From: an uncultured Flavobacterium sp.
GTDB taxonomy: Bacteria > Bacteroidota > Bacteroidia > Flavobacteriales > Flavobacteriaceae
Reading direction: 5' to 3'
Length of the DNA: 64,000 nucleotides
NCBI RefSeq assembly: GCF_963925415.1
Contig: NZ_CAWUTS010000026.1
Location: forward strand, 1,776 to 65,775
Shown here: positions 36,539 through 45,447 of the stretch, in pieces
How the letters are laid out: every line of letters begins with the position of its first letter
Numbering within the stretch: position 1 is the stretch's first letter
The notes under the pieces: model-generated
The model's input: the letters and a program-made list of their open reading frames with translations, nothing else
Database searches by the model: none
What the model was told of the DNA's origin: nothing
Program-made: the position numbers and the translations under genes

Positions 36539-36626
36539 ATTATTCAATATTTGAATTACAAGACTCTTATTGCCATTTCTAAGCTATAAGTTATTTTCAT
36601 ATATCTTAATTTTTAAAAACAAAAAA

Positions 36627-36872
36627 ATGAAAAAATTATTACTTTCAATAACAGTTATCGCTATGCTTTTTACTGCATGTAATGAAAAAAAAAGAATCAA
36701 ACACGGGCATAACTATATGAATGGAACTCATCAACATGAAGATGGGCAAGTACATGTGAGTCATGCAGACCAAACGGTAAATCAAGAAAAATTTACAGTT
36801 TCGAATGATAGTGTTGCTGCAAAAGAAGCATACGATCATGAACATAAAAATGGAGAAAAACACGAACATTAA
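36627..36872 (+). CDS. Small His-rich lipoprotein (81 aa)
   Basis: MKKLLL...FTAC lipobox; HGH, HQH and two HEH motifs. Confidence 0.75.
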   Translation: MKKLLLSITVIAMLFTACNEKKRIKHGHNYMNGTHQHEDGQVHVSHADQTVNQEKFTVSNDSVAAKEAYDHEHKNGEKHEH

Positions 36873-36931
36873 TCTTATTAGATGCTTATATATTTATTTT
36901 TTTACAGACATCTAATTTTACTTTTATATAT

Positions 36932-38428
36932 ATGAAAATAATAAAAAACATAACGCTTCTTGTTTTCTTTATGATAGGATTTACAAGTTGCAATAATAAG
37001 GAGCAAGCTAGTAATGCTTCTTCCCTTGAACCATTAGCCTATACACTTTATACAGCACATACTGAATTGTTTGTAGAGTTTAAACCTTTGGTTGTTGGTA
37101 GCACATCAAATTTTGCTGCTCATTTTACTATTTTGGGTGAAAATTTTAAAGCTTTAACCGATGCAAAAATTACAGTAAGTTTGATTGTTGGAAGTAATGG
37201 TATTAAAAATTCAGTTGCTGCTCCAAGTTCTCCTGGTATATTCCGATTGGTTCTAGCACCCGAAACTGCTGGAACAGGAACTTTAGTTTTTGATATTGTA
37301 ACTAAAGAATATACGGAAAAAATTACCATACAAAATGTAGTGGTTAATCCTGATGAAAAAACAGCTTTAGCCAAGCAACCTGAACATTTAGAAAGTGGGG
37401 ATATTTCCTATTTAAAAGAACAAGCATGGAAAGTTGAATTTGCCAATACGGCAGTAACAAAACAAAATTTTAATGCTGTTATCAAAACAAGCGGTCAACT
37501 TCTTTCTGCACCTGGAGATGAAAGGATAGTCACCGCAAAAGCAAGTGGTGTGGTTGTTTTCTCTGGTAAAAATACTATTGTTGGTTCTTCTGTAACTTCA
37601 GGGAGTTTACTCTTTACTATTACTGGTGCTGATATGACAGAAAGTAATATTGATGCTTCAGTTAAAGAAGCTAAAACCAATTATTTAAAAGCCAAAGCCG
37701 ATTATGAGCGTTCGAAATTATTGGTAGCAGATAAAATTGTTTCGGAAAGAGACCATCAACATGTGAAATTACAATTTGATAATGCTCAAACTGCTTATAA
37801 TACAGTATCAAAAAACTATACTACTAAAGGTCAGAATGTACTTTCTCCAATATCTGGTTTTGTTAAAAATGTATTGGTAACGGAAGGACAATATGTATCT
37901 TTTGGAACACCATTAGCCACTATTTCAAAAAACAAGAATTTACTATTACAAGCTAATGTATCTCAAAATAATTTTAGTAGTTTATCTAGTATTCGTTCTG
38001 CTAATTTTAAAACACCACAAAATGATGTAGTTTACAATACTGTAGAATTAAATGGTAAAATTGTTTCTTATGGAAAGAGTACTTCTGCCTCAACTCCTTA
38101 TATTCCTGTAACTTTTGAAATTAATAATACGAGAAATTTTATAGCTGGTTCAATTGTGGAAGTTTATCTAAAATCTACTGCTATACCAGATGCCTTGATA
38201 ATCCCTACAACTTCCTTAATTGAAGAACAAGGATTGTTTTATGTTTATGTGCAAACAGGCGGTGAAAGCTTTCAAAAAAGAGAAGTAAAATTAGGTGCTA
38301 GCGATGGTGTAAATGTGCAAGTTTTGTCAGGGATAACACAAGGTGAAAGAGTAGTTACAAAAGGTGGTTATCAAATAAAATTATCTAGTGCATCAGGCAC
38401 TTTGCCTGCTCACGGACACGAACATTAA
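36932..38428 (+). CDS. RND efflux periplasmic adaptor (CzcB/CusB-like) with extra N-terminal domain
   Basis: Lipobox FTSC; SPISGFV..VTEGQYV..GTPL; REVKLG..GITQGERVVTKG; ends AHGHEH. Confidence 0.92.
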   Translation: MKIIKNITLLVFFMIGFTSCNNKEQASNASSLEPLAYTLYTAHTELFVEFKPLVVGSTSNFAAHFTILGENFKALTDAKITVSLIVGSNGIKNSVAAPSSPGIFRLVLAPETAGTGTLVFDIVTKEYTEKITIQNVVVNPDEKTALAKQPEHLESGDISYLKEQAWKVEFANTAVTKQNFNAVIKTSGQLLSAPGDERIVTAKASGVVVFSGKNTIVGSSVTSGSLLFTITGADMTESNIDASVKEAKTNYLKAKADYERSKLLVADKIVSERDHQHVKLQFDNAQTAYNTVSKNYTTKGQNVLSPISGFVKNVLVTEGQYVSFGTPLATISKNKNLLLQANVSQNNFSSLSSIRSANFKTPQNDVVYNTVELNGKIVSYGKSTSASTPYIPVTFEINNTRNFIAGSIVEVYLKSTAIPDALIIPTTSLIEEQGLFYVYVQTGGESFQKREVKLGASDGVNVQVLSGITQGERVVTKGGYQIKLSSASGTLPAHGHEH

Positions 38429-38438
38429 TCTATAACTT

Positions 38439-41400
38439 ATGCTAAATAAAATAATTAAATTTTCATTACACAATCGATTTTTTGTAGTGATAGCATCCAT
38501 TTTACTGTTAATTTTTGGTAGTGTTGTCGCTTCTAAAATGGAAGTGGATGTATTTCCTGATTTAACCGCTCCAACGGTTGTAATACTTACAGAAGCACAT
38601 GGTATGGCTCCAGAAGAAGTAGAAAAACTAGTTACATTTCCGTTAGAAACTTCAGTAAATGGTGCAACGAATGTAAGACGAGTTCGTTCTTCCTCTTCCG
38701 CAGGAATTTCTATTGTGTGGGTAGAGTTTGAATGGGATACTGATATTTTTAGGGCAAGACAAATTGTAAATGAAAAAATAATAGCAGTATCTGAAAAATT
38801 ACCACAAGGTGTTGGTAATCCTACAATGGCGCCCCAATCAAGTATTATGGGGGAAATCATGTACGTTAGTTTGTCTGCGGATTCAACTAGTCAAATAGAG
38901 TTACGAACCATTGCAGATTGGACTATTAGACCAAGACTTCTTGCAATTGGTGGAGTTGCACAAGTAACAGTTATTGGTGGAGAATATAAACAATATCAAA
39001 TATTGGCTTCTTCTCAAAAAATGAGTTACTACAATGTTTCTTTAAATGAATTATTGAAAGCAAGTGAAGATTCTAATGGTAATTCGTCTGGTGGTTTTTT
39101 GAATGAATACCATAATGAATATATTGTTAAAGGTATTGGTAGAACTAATGATATAAAAGAAATTGGAAAGTCAATTATAAAAATCCAAAATGGAAACCCA
39201 ATTAAAATTGAAGATGTAGCCGAAATTAAAATTGGTGCAGCTCCTAAAATTGGAGATGCTTCAAACAATGGAAAACCAGCTATAGTATTGGCAATTGCAA
39301 AACAACCAGGTATTAATACATTAGAATTAACCGAAAAAATAGACGCATCCATTGCTGATATTCAAAAAAATATCCCAAGCGATGTTAAGGTTAATACAAA
39401 AATTTTTCGTCAGGCAGATTTTATCAATGCATCTATCAGCAATATTAAGAAAACATTGTTGGAAGGAACAGCATTTGTTATTATTATTCTGTTTTTATTT
39501 TTAATGAATTGGAGAGCGACTTTTATATCCTTATTAGCTATTCCTATTTCGTTAATTGTTGCCATATTAACTTTAAAATGGCTTGGTTTCACTATCAATA
39601 CAATGAGTTTAGGAGGTATGGCTATTGCTATTGGTGATTTGGTAGATGATGCCATAATAGATGTAGAAAACGTATTTAAACGACTCAAAGAAAATGCGTT
39701 AAAACCTAAAACAGAACAGAAAGATAAAATCACCGTTATTTTTGACGGTTCGTTTGAAATTAGAAGTTCGGTTATTAATGCAACCTTTATTATCATTGTT
39801 GCCTTTTTGCCTTTATTCTTTTTATCTGGAATGGAAGGCAAATTGTTAGCACCACTTGGAATAGCTTTTATAGTTGCCTTGTTTGCTTCATTGATTGTCT
39901 CTATTACACTTACCCCCGTTTTAGCAAGTTACTTATTAACTAGTGACAAAATGCTTTTAAAACAGCACAAGGAAAGTTGGCTGGTTGAACATTTGCAAAA
40001 AGGTTATTCCAATGCTTTGCAAAGAGTAATGAAAATGAAAAAAGCAGTACTTATTAGTGCTGGTGTATTATTTTTAGTTGCTTTATTAGTAATGAGTCAG
40101 TTAGGTAGAAGTTTTTTGCCTGAATTTAATGAAGGTTCGTTAGTCGTTAGTGCGGTCAGTTTACCTGGAATTTCTTTAGAGGAAAGTAATAAAATAGGCA
40201 CGCAAGTGGAAAGAGCATTGCTATCTGTTCCTGAAATAAAAATTACTACTCGAAGAACAGGAAGAGCAGAACTGGATGAACATGCACAAGGTGTAAATTC
40301 ATCAGAGGTAGAAGCACCTTTTGTTTTAGAAGAAAGAGACCGAGTGAAATTTATGGCTGATGTTCGTAAAAAATTGGCAGGAGTTACTGGTGCTAATATT
40401 ACTATTGGACAACCTATTGGGCATAGAATTGACCACATGTTATCTGGTACGAGAGCGAATATTGCTATTAAAATTTTTGGTTCTGATTTGAATAAATTGT
40501 TTACGCTTTCAAACGAAATTAAAACTAAAATTCAGAATGTAGAAGGATTGGTAGATTTGAGCGTAGAGCAGCAAGTAGAAATTCCACAAATTCAGATTAA
40601 GGCAAAACGAGATATTTTAAATCATTATGGTATTACCATTGGTCAATTTAATGAGTTTGTCGATGTTGCTTTTGCAGGAGAAAAAGTATCTGAAATTTAT
40701 GAAGGTAACAAAACGTTTGATTTAATTCTTCGATTTGACGATGCTAATAGAGGTAAAATGGAGCACATTAAAAATGCGATGATTGATACGCATGTTGGTA
40801 AAAAAATTCCTTTATACTATGTTGCAGATATTGTTAGCACATCTGGACCAAACACAATCAATCGTGAAAACGTGCAACGTAAAACAGTGGTTTCTGCTAA
40901 TGTTTCTGGTCGTGACCAAAAAAGCGTTGTGGCTGATATTCAGAAAATCATAAATAACGAAGTACAATTACCAGAAGAATATCATATTGAATATGGTGGA
41001 CAATTTGAAGCCGAAGCTGAAGCTTCAAAAACATTGGTTTTAACCTCGTTTATATCCTTATTGGCTATATTCTTAATTCTGTACCAAGAATTTAAAAAAG
41101 TAAAAACTGCTTCTATCATTTTGTTAAATCTTCCTTTAGCCTTAATTGGTGGTGTGTTTAGTATTTATTTTACCAGTGGTATTTTGAGTATTCCTGCTAT
41201 TATAGGTTTTATTACACTTTTTGGAGTGGCTACACGAAACGGAATTCTATTGGTATCGCATTATGAAACATTGGAAAAAGAAGGATTAGCACTTTATGAA
41301 ACCGTAATTCAAGGTTCAAAAGATAGATTAAGTCCTATTTTAATGACTGCACTAACGGCAGGATTAGCTTTGATACCCTTAGCTATAGCTAGTGATATGC

Positions 41401-41534
41401 CAGGAAATGAAATTCAGAGTCCGATGGCAAAAGTTATTTTAGGTGGTTTATTTACTTCTACATTATTGAACATTTTTATTGTTCCTGTAGTGTATTATTT
41501 GTCTAATCGTAAAAAAGCAACAAATGAAATATAA
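38439..41534 (+). CDS. CusA/CzcA family heavy-metal RND permease
   Basis: DVFPDL, EEVEKLVTFPLE, NTMSLGGMAIAIG.LVDDAIIDVEN, FLPEFNEG, RLSPILMTA. Confidence 0.96.
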   Translation: MLNKIIKFSLHNRFFVVIASILLLIFGSVVASKMEVDVFPDLTAPTVVILTEAHGMAPEEVEKLVTFPLETSVNGATNVRRVRSSSSAGISIVWVEFEWDTDIFRARQIVNEKIIAVSEKLPQGVGNPTMAPQSSIMGEIMYVSLSADSTSQIELRTIADWTIRPRLLAIGGVAQVTVIGGEYKQYQILASSQKMSYYNVSLNELLKASEDSNGNSSGGFLNEYHNEYIVKGIGRTNDIKEIGKSIIKIQNGNPIKIEDVAEIKIGAAPKIGDASNNGKPAIVLAIAKQPGINTLELTEKIDASIADIQKNIPSDVKVNTKIFRQADFINASISNIKKTLLEGTAFVIIILFLFLMNWRATFISLLAIPISLIVAILTLKWLGFTINTMSLGGMAIAIGDLVDDAIIDVENVFKRLKENALKPKTEQKDKITVIFDGSFEIRSSVINATFIIIVAFLPLFFLSGMEGKLLAPLGIAFIVALFASLIVSITLTPVLASYLLTSDKMLLKQHKESWLVEHLQKGYSNALQRVMKMKKAVLISAGVLFLVALLVMSQLGRSFLPEFNEGSLVVSAVSLPGISLEESNKIGTQVERALLSVPEIKITTRRTGRAELDEHAQGVNSSEVEAPFVLEERDRVKFMADVRKKLAGVTGANITIGQPIGHRIDHMLSGTRANIAIKIFGSDLNKLFTLSNEIKTKIQNVEGLVDLSVEQQVEIPQIQIKAKRDILNHYGITIGQFNEFVDVAFAGEKVSEIYEGNKTFDLILRFDDANRGKMEHIKNAMIDTHVGKKIPLYYVADIVSTSGPNTINRENVQRKTVVSANVSGRDQKSVVADIQKIINNEVQLPEEYHIEYGGQFEAEAEASKTLVLTSFISLLAIFLILYQEFKKVKTASIILLNLPLALIGGVFSIYFTSGILSIPAIIGFITLFGVATRNGILLVSHYETLEKEGLALYETVIQGSKDRLSPILMTALTAGLALIPLAIASDMPGNEIQSPMAKVILGGLFTSTLLNIFIVPVVYYLSNRKKATNEI

Positions 41535-42702
41535 CATACTACTTGGTTTTGTCCTTTTGTCGTTTGGTACTATTACTGCTCAATCAACTATTGATAAAGC
41601 ATTAACCGAGATTGCCAAAAACAACAAGACCATACAAGCGAATACTAACTATTGGAATGCACAGAAAGTACAGTATAAAACTGGAAATTCTTTGTATAAC
41701 CCAACGGTAGAGTATGACTATTTGCAAGGTACTCCTGCAAATGCAGGAAATCAAACGGATATTGTTATTACACAATCTTTTGATTTTCCAACCGTTTATG
41801 GAAAGAAAAATCAATTAGCAAAAGAATTGACTAATCAAGCTGATTTTGAATTAAAAGCGGCTAATCAAACCTTGTTGTTTGAAGCTAAAAAAGTTTGTAT
41901 TGAATTGGTTTATCGAAACAAATTACAACTTCCCTTAACTAAAAGGAAAGAAGCTACTGCAAAATGGTTAGCTCATTTTAAAAAGAAATTGGAAGTTGGT
42001 GATGGTACTATTTTAGATATAAACAAAGCCGAAATACAGTTGCTTGAAATTAAAAAACAGTTTCAAGACAATGCTTCTGCTGTTGCTAAACTTAATGAAC
42101 AATTGACAAGTTTGAATGGTGGTAATGCTCTTGTTATTACTGATGTTGCTTATTTTGATATTCCTGTGATTCCTGATTTTGAAACATTAGAAAAGGAAAT
42201 TGATGCACATGATTATCTCAAAAAAAAGTTAGAGCTAGAAAAAGTAATTGCTCAAAAACAAATGGATGTAAGTAAGGCTATGGCTTTGCCAAAAATGGAA
42301 GTTGGGTATCATTATCAAGGTATTTTGGGACAAACCTATAACGGAATTCATACTGGTATTTCGTTACCCCTTTGGGAAAGTAGAAACACCGTAAAGCTTC
42401 AAAAGGCTAAAATGACTTTTGCTGAAAGTGTTTTAACAGACCATACTAACGAACATTATTATGAAATTAAGCAATTGTATGGTCGCTATGAAAGTTTGAA
42501 AAGTATTTTGGATGAGTATCAATATATATATCAATCTGTTGCACCTATGCCGCTTTTGGATAAAGCTTTAGCAGCTGGTCAAATATCCGTTTTGGAATAC
42601 TTTGTGGAATTGAACTATTATAATGACTCTTATAATTCTTTTCTTAAAATTGAAAAAGAATATTATGAAGTTGTAGCTACTTTGCTGAAGTATCAGTTTT
42701 AG
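41524..42702 (+). CDS. TolC/CzcC family outer-membrane factor
   Basis: Signal peptide, TQSFDFP, GISLPLW, AGQISVLEY; overlaps the RND gene end. Confidence 0.88.
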   Translation: MKYNILLGFVLLSFGTITAQSTIDKALTEIAKNNKTIQANTNYWNAQKVQYKTGNSLYNPTVEYDYLQGTPANAGNQTDIVITQSFDFPTVYGKKNQLAKELTNQADFELKAANQTLLFEAKKVCIELVYRNKLQLPLTKRKEATAKWLAHFKKKLEVGDGTILDINKAEIQLLEIKKQFQDNASAVAKLNEQLTSLNGGNALVITDVAYFDIPVIPDFETLEKEIDAHDYLKKKLELEKVIAQKQMDVSKAMALPKMEVGYHYQGILGQTYNGIHTGISLPLWESRNTVKLQKAKMTFAESVLTDHTNEHYYEIKQLYGRYESLKSILDEYQYIYQSVAPMPLLDKALAAGQISVLEYFVELNYYNDSYNSFLKIEKEYYEVVATLLKYQF

Positions 42703-42778
42703 TATTTAACAAATTCATTACTTTGTTTTCTCGCTCCATGCTAAAGAGGTTTTTGATTTTTATAGAGTTTTAAACAAT

Positions 42779-42819
42779 AAAAAAAAACCCTAAACAGTTG
42801 TTGTTTAAGGTTTTTTTTT
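42779..42819. terminator. Terminator between the efflux operon and tRNA-Met
   Basis: A9-CCCTAAACA-GTTGT-TGTTTAAGG-T9 imperfect hairpin. Confidence 0.75.
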
Positions 42820-42820
42820 G

Positions 42821-42894
42821 TAGCGAAGACGGGAATTGAACCCGTGACCTCAGGGTTATGAATCCTGCGCTCTAACCGACTGAGCTACCTCGCC
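42821..42894 (-). tRNA. tRNA-Met(CAT), elongator-like; CCA not encoded
   Basis: GGCGAGGTAGCTCAGTCGGTTAGAGCGCAGGATTCATAACCCTGAGGTCACGGGTTCAATTCCCGTCTTCGCTA folds as a cloverleaf; TATATTTG promoter at 42932-42925. Confidence 0.96.
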
Positions 42895-43037
42895 AAAAGG
42901 TTTAGCATTTTCTCAATGCGGGTGCAAATATATAATTATTTGCTTCGAATTCAAATGTTTTATTAAAAATTATTTTCTGTTTTTAGTTTTTATTTCAATA
43001 GAATTATTATATATTCGAAAAAAATTAAATTATATAG

Positions 43038-43430
43038 ATGGAAGTTAAAGTAAAATATGAAATAGAGTTTCCAATAAAGTCTTCACCACAATTGTTATAT
43101 CCTTATATATCAACTCCGTCAGGTTTGTCTGAATGGTTTGCAGACAATGTAAACTCAAGAGGTGAGTTTTTTACTTTTATATGGGAAGATAGTGAAGAAA
43201 AAGCAAAATTGATGTCTAAAAAGGCAGATGAAAGAATAAAATTTAAGTGGTTAAATTACGATAATTCAGAAACCGAGTACTATTTTGAAATAAAATTAAT
43301 GGTTGACGAAATTACTAAAGATGTATCTATAGTAATTGTTGATTTTGCTGACGAGGATGAAGTTGAAGAATCTAAATTATTGTGGGAAAATCAAATTTCT
43401 GATCTTAAACATGTATTAGGATCAGTATAA
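43038..43430 (+). CDS. START-like/SRPBCC domain protein
   Basis: LYPYISTPSGLSEWFADNV motif typical of this Bacteroidota family. Confidence 0.82.
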   Translation: MEVKVKYEIEFPIKSSPQLLYPYISTPSGLSEWFADNVNSRGEFFTFIWEDSEEKAKLMSKKADERIKFKWLNYDNSETEYYFEIKLMVDEITKDVSIVIVDFADEDEVEESKLLWENQISDLKHVLGSV

Positions 43431-43454
43431 TAATAAATATAAAAGGTATATTTG

Positions 43455-43479
43455 TCCCGATTTTAATCGGGATTTTTTT
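43455..43479 (+). terminator. Intrinsic terminator nested between a -7 element and the next ATG
   Basis: TCCCGATT-TT-AATCGGGA-T7. Confidence 0.7.
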
Positions 43480-44316
43480 ATGATAAATTTTAACGGAACT
43501 ATATTAGATTCAAGCAATCATTTAATCGAAAATAACAGAGGATTTCTTTTTGGAGATGCTATTTTTGAAACCATAAAAATGGTAGATGGAAATGTATTAT
43601 TTGCTGAAGACCATTATTTTAGACTTATGGCATCAATGCGTATTTGTCGAATGGAGATTCCTATGAATTTTACTTTTGAATATTTTGAAGATCAAATACT
43701 ATCTTTAACCAATTCATTGCAAATTAGTAATTCTGCTAGAGTACGTTTGAGTGTTTATAGAAATTCTGGCGGTTTATATTTGCCAAACACAAATGATATT
43801 CACTTTATAATACAAGCGCAATCTTTAAAATTAAAGTCCTATTTGTATTCAAACGCTGCCTATGAAGTTGAATTGTATAAAGATTTTTATGTTTCTAAGC
43901 ATTTGCTTTCTACATTAAAGACTACTAATAAAATGATCCATATTACAGGTAGTATTTTTGCAAAAGAAAACGATTATGACAATTGTTTTTTAATAAATGA
44001 TGATAAAAATGTAGTTGAAGCTCTCAACGGAAACGTTTTTATGAAAATGAATAACACAATCATTACACCACCAATTTCTGAAGGTTGTTTAAATGGTGTT
44101 ATGAGAAAACAAATAATAGGGTTAATAAATAAAACAGATGGTTTTGAATGTTTAGAAAAACCAATTTCTCCTTTTGATTTGCAAAAATCAGATGAGTTGT
44201 TTATTTCTAATGTAATAAAAGGCATTCAGCCGATTACAAAATATAGAAAAAAGATTTTTGAAACTAACGTTTCAAAGCAATTAATAGACAAGTTAAATCT
44301 AACTTTTAAAGTCTAA
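43480..44316 (+). CDS. Class IV PLP aminotransferase / 4-amino-4-deoxychorismate lyase-like
   Basis: NRGFLFGDAIFET, HYFRL, LKTTN, GCLNGVMRK. Confidence 0.88.
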   Translation: MINFNGTILDSSNHLIENNRGFLFGDAIFETIKMVDGNVLFAEDHYFRLMASMRICRMEIPMNFTFEYFEDQILSLTNSLQISNSARVRLSVYRNSGGLYLPNTNDIHFIIQAQSLKLKSYLYSNAAYEVELYKDFYVSKHLLSTLKTTNKMIHITGSIFAKENDYDNCFLINDDKNVVEALNGNVFMKMNNTIITPPISEGCLNGVMRKQIIGLINKTDGFECLEKPISPFDLQKSDELFISNVIKGIQPITKYRKKIFETNVSKQLIDKLNLTFKV

Positions 44317-44339
44317 AAAAAGTTTAAATTAAATTTATT

Positions 44340-44894
44340 TTAATTCAATATTGGATTTTCGGGTGCATTAGAAAATAAAATATAGTCTCCGCCTTGTGCT
44401 TCAATTTTTTCTTTCCAAAATTTCTTTGCAGGTTTTGAAAAAAGAGTTGTATGTTCTTTATTGTCTATTATAAGCCAGTTTTTTTGGTCACATTCCATTT
44501 CTAGTTGGCCCTTACTCCAACCGCTGTATCCAAGAAAAAAGCGTATTTCGGTTTTTGATATTTGATTTTCGTTTAGTAAAACTTTTAATAATTCAAAATC
44601 TCCACCCCAAAAAAGACCATTTGAAATTTCTAAACTGTTTTTTATTTTTAAAGGAACAGTATGGACAAAATATAAATTATCTTGTTCAACAGGCCCTCCA
44701 TCATAAATAGTAAAATTTGAATTTATTTCTGGAAGTAAATCATGTATTGAATACAAAAGAGGTTTGTTGAGTATAAAACCCACGACACCATCATTTGAAT
44801 ATGCTGCTAATAAAACAACAGATCTGTTAAAAGTGTTTTCGCCAATTAAAGCAGGCTCTGAAACTAATAGTTGTCCTTTTTTTATTTTATTCAT
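44340..44894 (-). CDS. YqgE/AlgH (DUF179) family protein
   Basis: FNRSVVLL, GFILNKP, GGPVE, RFFLGYSGW..GQLE. Confidence 0.93.
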   Translation of the reverse strand: MNKIKKGQLLVSEPALIGENTFNRSVVLLAAYSNDGVVGFILNKPLLYSIHDLLPEINSNFTIYDGGPVEQDNLYFVHTVPLKIKNSLEISNGLFWGGDFELLKVLLNENQISKTEIRFFLGYSGWSKGQLEMECDQKNWLIIDNKEHTTLFSKPAKKFWKEKIEAQGGDYILFSNAPENPILN

Positions 44895-44954
44895 AAGCTT
44901 GTATTATTAATTAAAGTTAAAAAAAATAATTTTATAAATGATTAAAATACATGT

Positions 44955-44983
44955 AAAAAAAAACCTCTCACTAGGGAGAGGTT
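44955..44983 (-). terminator. Terminator after hup
   Basis: Minus strand AACCTCTC-CCTAGT-GAGAGG-T9. Confidence 0.8.
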
Positions 44984-45005
44984 AAGTTTTAAGTCTGAAA
45001 CATTA

Positions 45006-45281
45006 TTATTTGTTTACAGATCCTTCTAAATCTGACCCTGCTTTAAATTTCACTACATTTTTAGCAGCAATTTTTATAGTTTTTCCAGTTTGAGGATTTC
45101 TCCCATCTCTTGCAGCTCTGTTAGATACTGACCATGATCCAAAACCTACTAATGAAACTCTTCCGCCTTTAGCTAAAGTTCCTTCAACATTTTCTAAAAA
45201 TGACTCCAATGCTAATTTAGCTGCTGCTTTTGTGATACCAGCACTTGCTGCCATTGCATCAATTAATTCTGATTTGTTCAT
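45006..45281 (-). CDS. hup: HU DNA-binding protein
   Basis: MNKSELI, VGFGSW, RDGRNPQTG. Confidence 0.96.
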   Translation of the reverse strand: MNKSELIDAMAASAGITKAAAKLALESFLENVEGTLAKGGRVSLVGFGSWSVSNRAARDGRNPQTGKTIKIAAKNVVKFKAGSDLEGSVNK

Positions 45282-45447
45282 AATTCTGTTTTTAATATTT
45301 GGTTATACTTAATTTTACTTCTTACAAATTTAGCAGTATCTCCCAACGGCGCAAGTATTTGCTTACGTTTTGTGCAATAATGTTAATAAATTCTAGTAAA
45401 TGTTAATAAACCAAGCCTGATTTAGTGTGTTTATTGGTTTTTTGACT

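Larger units (their letters stand above)
35982..42835. mobile_element. tRNA-Met-integrated genomic island remnant carrying heavy-metal efflux genes; no integrase
   Basis: 19-bp direct repeats, one overlapping the tRNA 3' end; accessory cargo within housekeeping context. Confidence 0.8.

Noticed and set aside
38393-40438. Long antisense ORFs opposite the RND gene, and similar shadows opposite rpoC, gap, hisS and others
   Set aside because: They lie opposite well-supported genes and have no recognisable motifs; expected codon-bias shadows
42682-42780. Short minus-strand ORF (MERENKVMNLL...) as an integrase remnant
   Set aside because: About 20 codons, overlaps the end of the TolC gene and has no recognisable similarity
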